The position numbers and the translations under genes are program-made. Under the pieces are notes generated by a model. The model saw only the letters and a list, made by a program, of their open reading frames with translations, made no database searches and had not been told where the DNA came from. This document shows positions 59,263-64,000 of a stretch of DNA of 64,000 nucleotides, piece by piece; the first letter of the stretch is position 1, and every line of letters begins with the position of its first letter. The DNA comes from Eledone cirrhosa (lineage: Eukaryota): assembly GCA_964016885.1 (NCBI GenBank), contig OZ024746.1:65224001-65288000 (forward strand). The letters run 5' to 3'.

Positions 59263-61447
59263 CAACAACATAAACGATGTTTGTGATAAAAAGAAACAAA
59301 AAATATTAATAATAAATATCGATATTATTATTTTTGGAATGGTTTGTATTGGTATGGAGCTATCTATTCAATCTCTTGATTATGAGGCTTTTGTATGTCA
59401 TCTTGTAGAAGATGCTGGAGACTTGCTGCAATTGAAAACAATGAATAATAATAAATAGCCAGTGTTATTCCATGGAACGTTGGAAGGCCTTAAAACTAAA
59501 AACAAAATAGTCAAGATTTTATTGTTAAATTTTTGAAATGTTCAAGACCAACATGACATTTTACAGTCATTGTCATCGGTTTCTCCTCCTCGTTCACCTT
59601 CCCCTCCTCCCCTCATCATCATCCTTATCACCACCTTTTTTATTGTCTTTAGCATTGAGTGCCCCTGTGCATATGTAAGAAATTATTATTATCATCATCA
59701 TCATCATTATTATTATTACTATTATTATCATTGATCATTTGCTCTTTGTAAACTGTTTGATCAATGAGACAAAGCGCCTAAACTGAAACAAAAATGAAAT
59801 TGCATCTTATTATTTTGGTGAAGGCTTTTTATAATTCTGGCAACATCACTGGTTGAATGTCTCGGGATTGCCAGCTGTAATGGATTTGAAAAGGTTAAAC
59901 ATTGGAAAATTTTAACTTCATTGAAAACATGTCATGCTGTCTTAACAAAAGTTATATAGAGAAGCAGAATCAATTTCTCTTATAATTGCAAGTTCTTGAT
60001 AAAACAACAACAACAACAACATAAACAACTAAAATGACTAACAAAGCTGTTATCCTGGAGAAATCGAAACCCATTTTTGTTGCGATGAAACTATGTTACT
60101 ATTAACTTTTTTGTTTAGAATTTTGTTATGAAAATATATTTTTTATTTAAATATAGTTAAAATACATAAATAATACTCTAACCAAACATATTTTTAAGTT
60201 TAATATTTTTCAAAGAATTATTTATTTCAAACATAAATTAGAACATAAGTGAAATGGGCAAGCTAATTTGCATAATGTGTATTTGTCAGTAATATAATGT
60301 ATTAAATAATGAATATTTATACATCACACAGTGCATATTAGAACATCTAAGATGAATTTAATGTAAGAATAACTACAGTTTATAAACATGTGAAAATTTA
60401 AACAAATGTGAAAAATATTTTCATATTCTTTTCGAACAGAAGAAATAAATATAAAACATATAAGGGTAATCTCTTATCTTTTTCTGTGAACAAAGACAAT
60501 AACTAAATCCCTCATATTTGTCTCACTTTCCACAAGATGTATAAACTGTAGTTATAACTAAATTGAATTTATTTTAGATTTTCTAATATACACAATATTG
60601 TGCATAAATAACTATTATTCAATTAATTAGGCAACTGACGAATTCACATTTTTTAAATTGGACTAGTTATTTCAGGTAATTCCTAGTTTGTGTTCGATAT
60701 AAATATGGTTTGACCATAGAGTTCTTTATTGACAGAGGATAAGGGTACATGTCTACTGATAAATGGCTAATTAGCTGTGAAAGCTGCACAGGCAATGTTT
60801 TATATACAGAGAGAATGACAGAATGTTTTTCATCTTTGTTTAAATTTTCACAGTGATTTGTATGAACTGCTGTGATACATTAAATTTATCTTAGATTTTC
60901 TAACATAGCTGTGCATAAATATCCATTATTGTCTTAAATACTTTGATACGCCACAATACTTTATTTAGTGTAATAAATTTAACAGAGATGTACAAATCCC
61001 TATTGATACACACTGCTGAAATGTAATTATCCCACTTTGATTCTATTTTACTTCACTGCTCACATGATTCTCATATCTATGCTAAGCACAAAATAGTCAC
61101 ATAGCATTTGCATCACACTTAAATAATGACACTTAACCTATTGGCTTGTTGGAACAACCATGAATAATTCATATGTATATGTAGTGAATAAGAGAGTAAG
61201 AATAGATTGGAATAGTTTTATGTTGGTTCCTATAGATCCATGGAAGGATTTGATTTCAGCACTGCAAGCAATTGAACAGTTGTCAGTTATATGGTGCCAT
61301 TCCACTATTTATAGTAGCAACAGTTGCCGCCTAATATTTTGTACTTTTCTTGTATGTATTATACTAGTTGCTGTTACTGTTTGGCCCCAGGTCAGCCCTG
61401 ATCAATCAAAACTATGTTCAAATATATTCTAGCTATGATCCTGTTAT

Positions 61448-62292
61448 ACAAGGTTTGTCCCAAAAGTAAGGGTACTGATATTCCTATGTATGACATGGTA
61501 AAGCGGAAGCTCATTGATATATATGTATTGGTTATGACTTTGGCTGCACATACATACTTGTTTCAACATGATCAACTGAGTCAGTCATGAGTTATTGCTG
61601 TTTATATATGGGCATGTTAATAACCACTGTTACGTTTGCAATGCAGAAAAAAAAAAAAGAAAACAAATAAACAAAGGCATGCGATAAAATTTTGTGTGAA
61701 ACTCAACAAATGTGCTACTGAAACATTTCATTTTTTAACACAAGCTTATGGAGATGCCATTCGATTGAGAAGTAAGGTTTTTGATGTGGTACAAAACTTT
61801 TAAAGAGGGCTGAGAAAATGTTACTGACGAATCTCGTTCTGGAAGGCCAATCTTGAAAAAATATGGAATTGATGCAAGAGGTGATGGCAAAAGTTTGTAA
61901 ATTAAATGTTAGAATGATTGCAGAAGAAATGGGCTTGGATAAAAAGGTAGTTCACAAAACTTTAACAGATCATTCACACATGCAGAAAACCGTGCCCAAA
62001 CACTTTTCTGTGGAGCAGAAAGTGAACTGATTTGAAAATGTTCAGGATTTTCTAGAAAGGCTTGAAATTGCACCAAATTTCTTGGATAAAGTAATAATAG
62101 AAAATATATCATGGGTTTTCAAGTGTAATCCAGATGTAGAATGGCAAAGTGCAGATTGGCACACAAAAAAATTCTCCGCATGCGAAGAAAGCACACATAA
62201 TTTTTTTTACAGCTGTGATATTGTTCACAAGGAATTTTTACCTCCAGGACAGACAGTTAGTCATACTTTTTACAACCATATCTTGGAATGAG
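61448..62292 (+). mobile_element. Decayed mariner transposon fragment
   Basis: 5' TIR-like tacaaggtttgtcccaaaagtaag; AIKFCVKLNK.ATET..QAYGD..DESRSGRP; IVHKEFLPPGQTV. Confidence 0.75.
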
Positions 62293-63096
62293 TTTGAAAC
62301 CTCATATTTGGATTTGGATATTTAAAACTCCATTGCTTAATACAATTGTGGTAGATTTGGCAGCAATTTCTTGCTGGCTGAGCATATATATATAGTGGAT
62401 CCTACTTTGAGTTGTACAAGTTCAATTGCAATGTTGATAGTTGCTCACCAGTGACTAGCAGAAAATATCAATCCTTGTTCAAAAATGGTTTCTGATATAG
62501 ACACAAGTTAAAACATTTGGGGAGAATGAAAAGTTGATTAAACTGACCCCAGTGCATTAATGGTACTTTACTTTTATCAACTCCATAAGGATAAAAGGCA
62601 AAGCTAACCTTGCAAGGATTTGAACTCAGCACGTAAAAGGCCAAGACTCTATGCTGTGAAACATGGTGTCCAACACTCTACTGACACTACCAATCCACAG
62701 TCCACATCCTTGTTTATTAATGGTAGACGATTTCTAAATTAGTTATAATATTTTACATTAACAAAACCCTGAAATCAAGTGAAGGATCAATTCTTTTTTA
62801 GTTACATTATTCAAAATTATTTTGAAATAGTAAAAATTAAAGTTTTATAAAAAGATGCATATGAATCATATAAACTTCTGGGATATTAGAAATAATCTGT
62901 AATTCAAATTCTGTTGTTTGGAAAAGTTAAGCTACACTGAGAACTTTTGTATTTAATTTGTCAATGAACATCTGCTGCTTCTGTCCCATTGGACTACACT
63001 GAAGATCTTTCAAAATTATAACTATGCGCACACGTCCTCAAGCATGATGAAAGAAAGAGAGGTATATATATATATATGTATAAGTAAACACACACA

Positions 63097-63156
<60 letters not shown>

Positions 63157-63259
63157 TCTCTCTTTCATTCTCTCACTCTCTCTGTATATATCTATATATG
63201 CATATATAGATTTAAAAGAATTGAAGTGAGTGTTGCAGAATATGTACAAACTTTATTGG

Positions 63260-63346
63260 CATATTACAATTGTTTCAATATCAATCAGCTCAGGGTACAA
63301 TCATGATAATGGGGCCGGACTCTTTTTTGACATTTCATCAGATACG
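63260..63346 (-). ncRNA. Type I hammerhead with an extended stem II, in diverged fold-back cassette 63208-63680 (mirror copy at 63409-63499, + strand)
   Basis: CGTAT-CTGATGA-AATGTCAA..TTGATATT-GAAA-CAATTG-TA-ATATG; the mirror copy has CTGACGA. Confidence 0.75.
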
Positions 63347-63893
63347 TGGGTTCATATGTGTAAAGACAAATATAAACTTTTAGATGTATCTTTGCATATA
63401 AAAACTCACATATCTGACGAGATGTCGGAAAAGAGTCAGGTCACATTATCTTGACTGTTTGACTCTGAGCTGATTGATATTGAAAAAAATTGTAATATGC
63501 CAATAAAGTTTGTATAAATGCTACAACACTGACTTTGGTTCTTTTAAATCTTTTTACACTCTGTGAACTACAGCTACCTTAACTCTAGAATACAGCCCAA
63601 ATGAGACAGGCATCATAACAGCACTGAATGCTTCGAATAGCACGCCTACTGTAACTATTGTCACACACCTAACTAACATATATGCATATACATTTATACC
63701 TATATATATATATGTATATATATATAAATGTACATATTTATGCATATATGTATATATATATTCATATGTATATTTATATGCATATATATATATGTATATT
63801 TGTATGTATATATATATAAATATATATATATATGTAAATATATATACATATATATATATATATAAATATATATAAATATATATATATATGTAA

Positions 63894-63962
<69 letters not shown>

Positions 63963-64000
63963 TATATACATATATATATACATATATACATATGTATATA

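Overview
Eukaryotic, very AT-rich, microsatellite-laden animal genomic DNA; the SINE/LINE repertoire suggests an octopod cephalopod (inference). 1-6573 holds a head-to-tail array (period 4272 bp) of a Penelope-like retroelement (RT + Cys linker + GIY-YIG, minus strand), with a minimal hammerhead ribozyme (HHR) in each inter-ORF spacer. 6.6-19.4 kb is mostly (TA)n-derived repeat, with a 200-N gap at 14600-14799. Six + strand coding exons between 21295 and 44703 splice in frame into an Inturned (INTU, PDZ + longin) protein. Its introns contain CRE and RTE LINE fragments, tRNA-SINEs, mariner/Tc1, hAT and piggyBac-type MITEs, and minisatellites. The main unexplained signal is non-coding: most short unique islands within the (TA)n tracts carry a type I HHR, mostly with a palindromic stem III. 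These form (i) a ~515-bp tandem retrozyme-like array and (ii) at least six largely sequence-unrelated fold-back cassettes [(TA)n - inverted copy - HHR - tail - (TA)n]. One HHR has a ~100-nt stem II, and several tails share an ACTC..GAGTRCY stem near the TA junction. The long YI/CV-repeat ORFs in the track are microsatellite artefacts. All calls were made by eye, without database searches.
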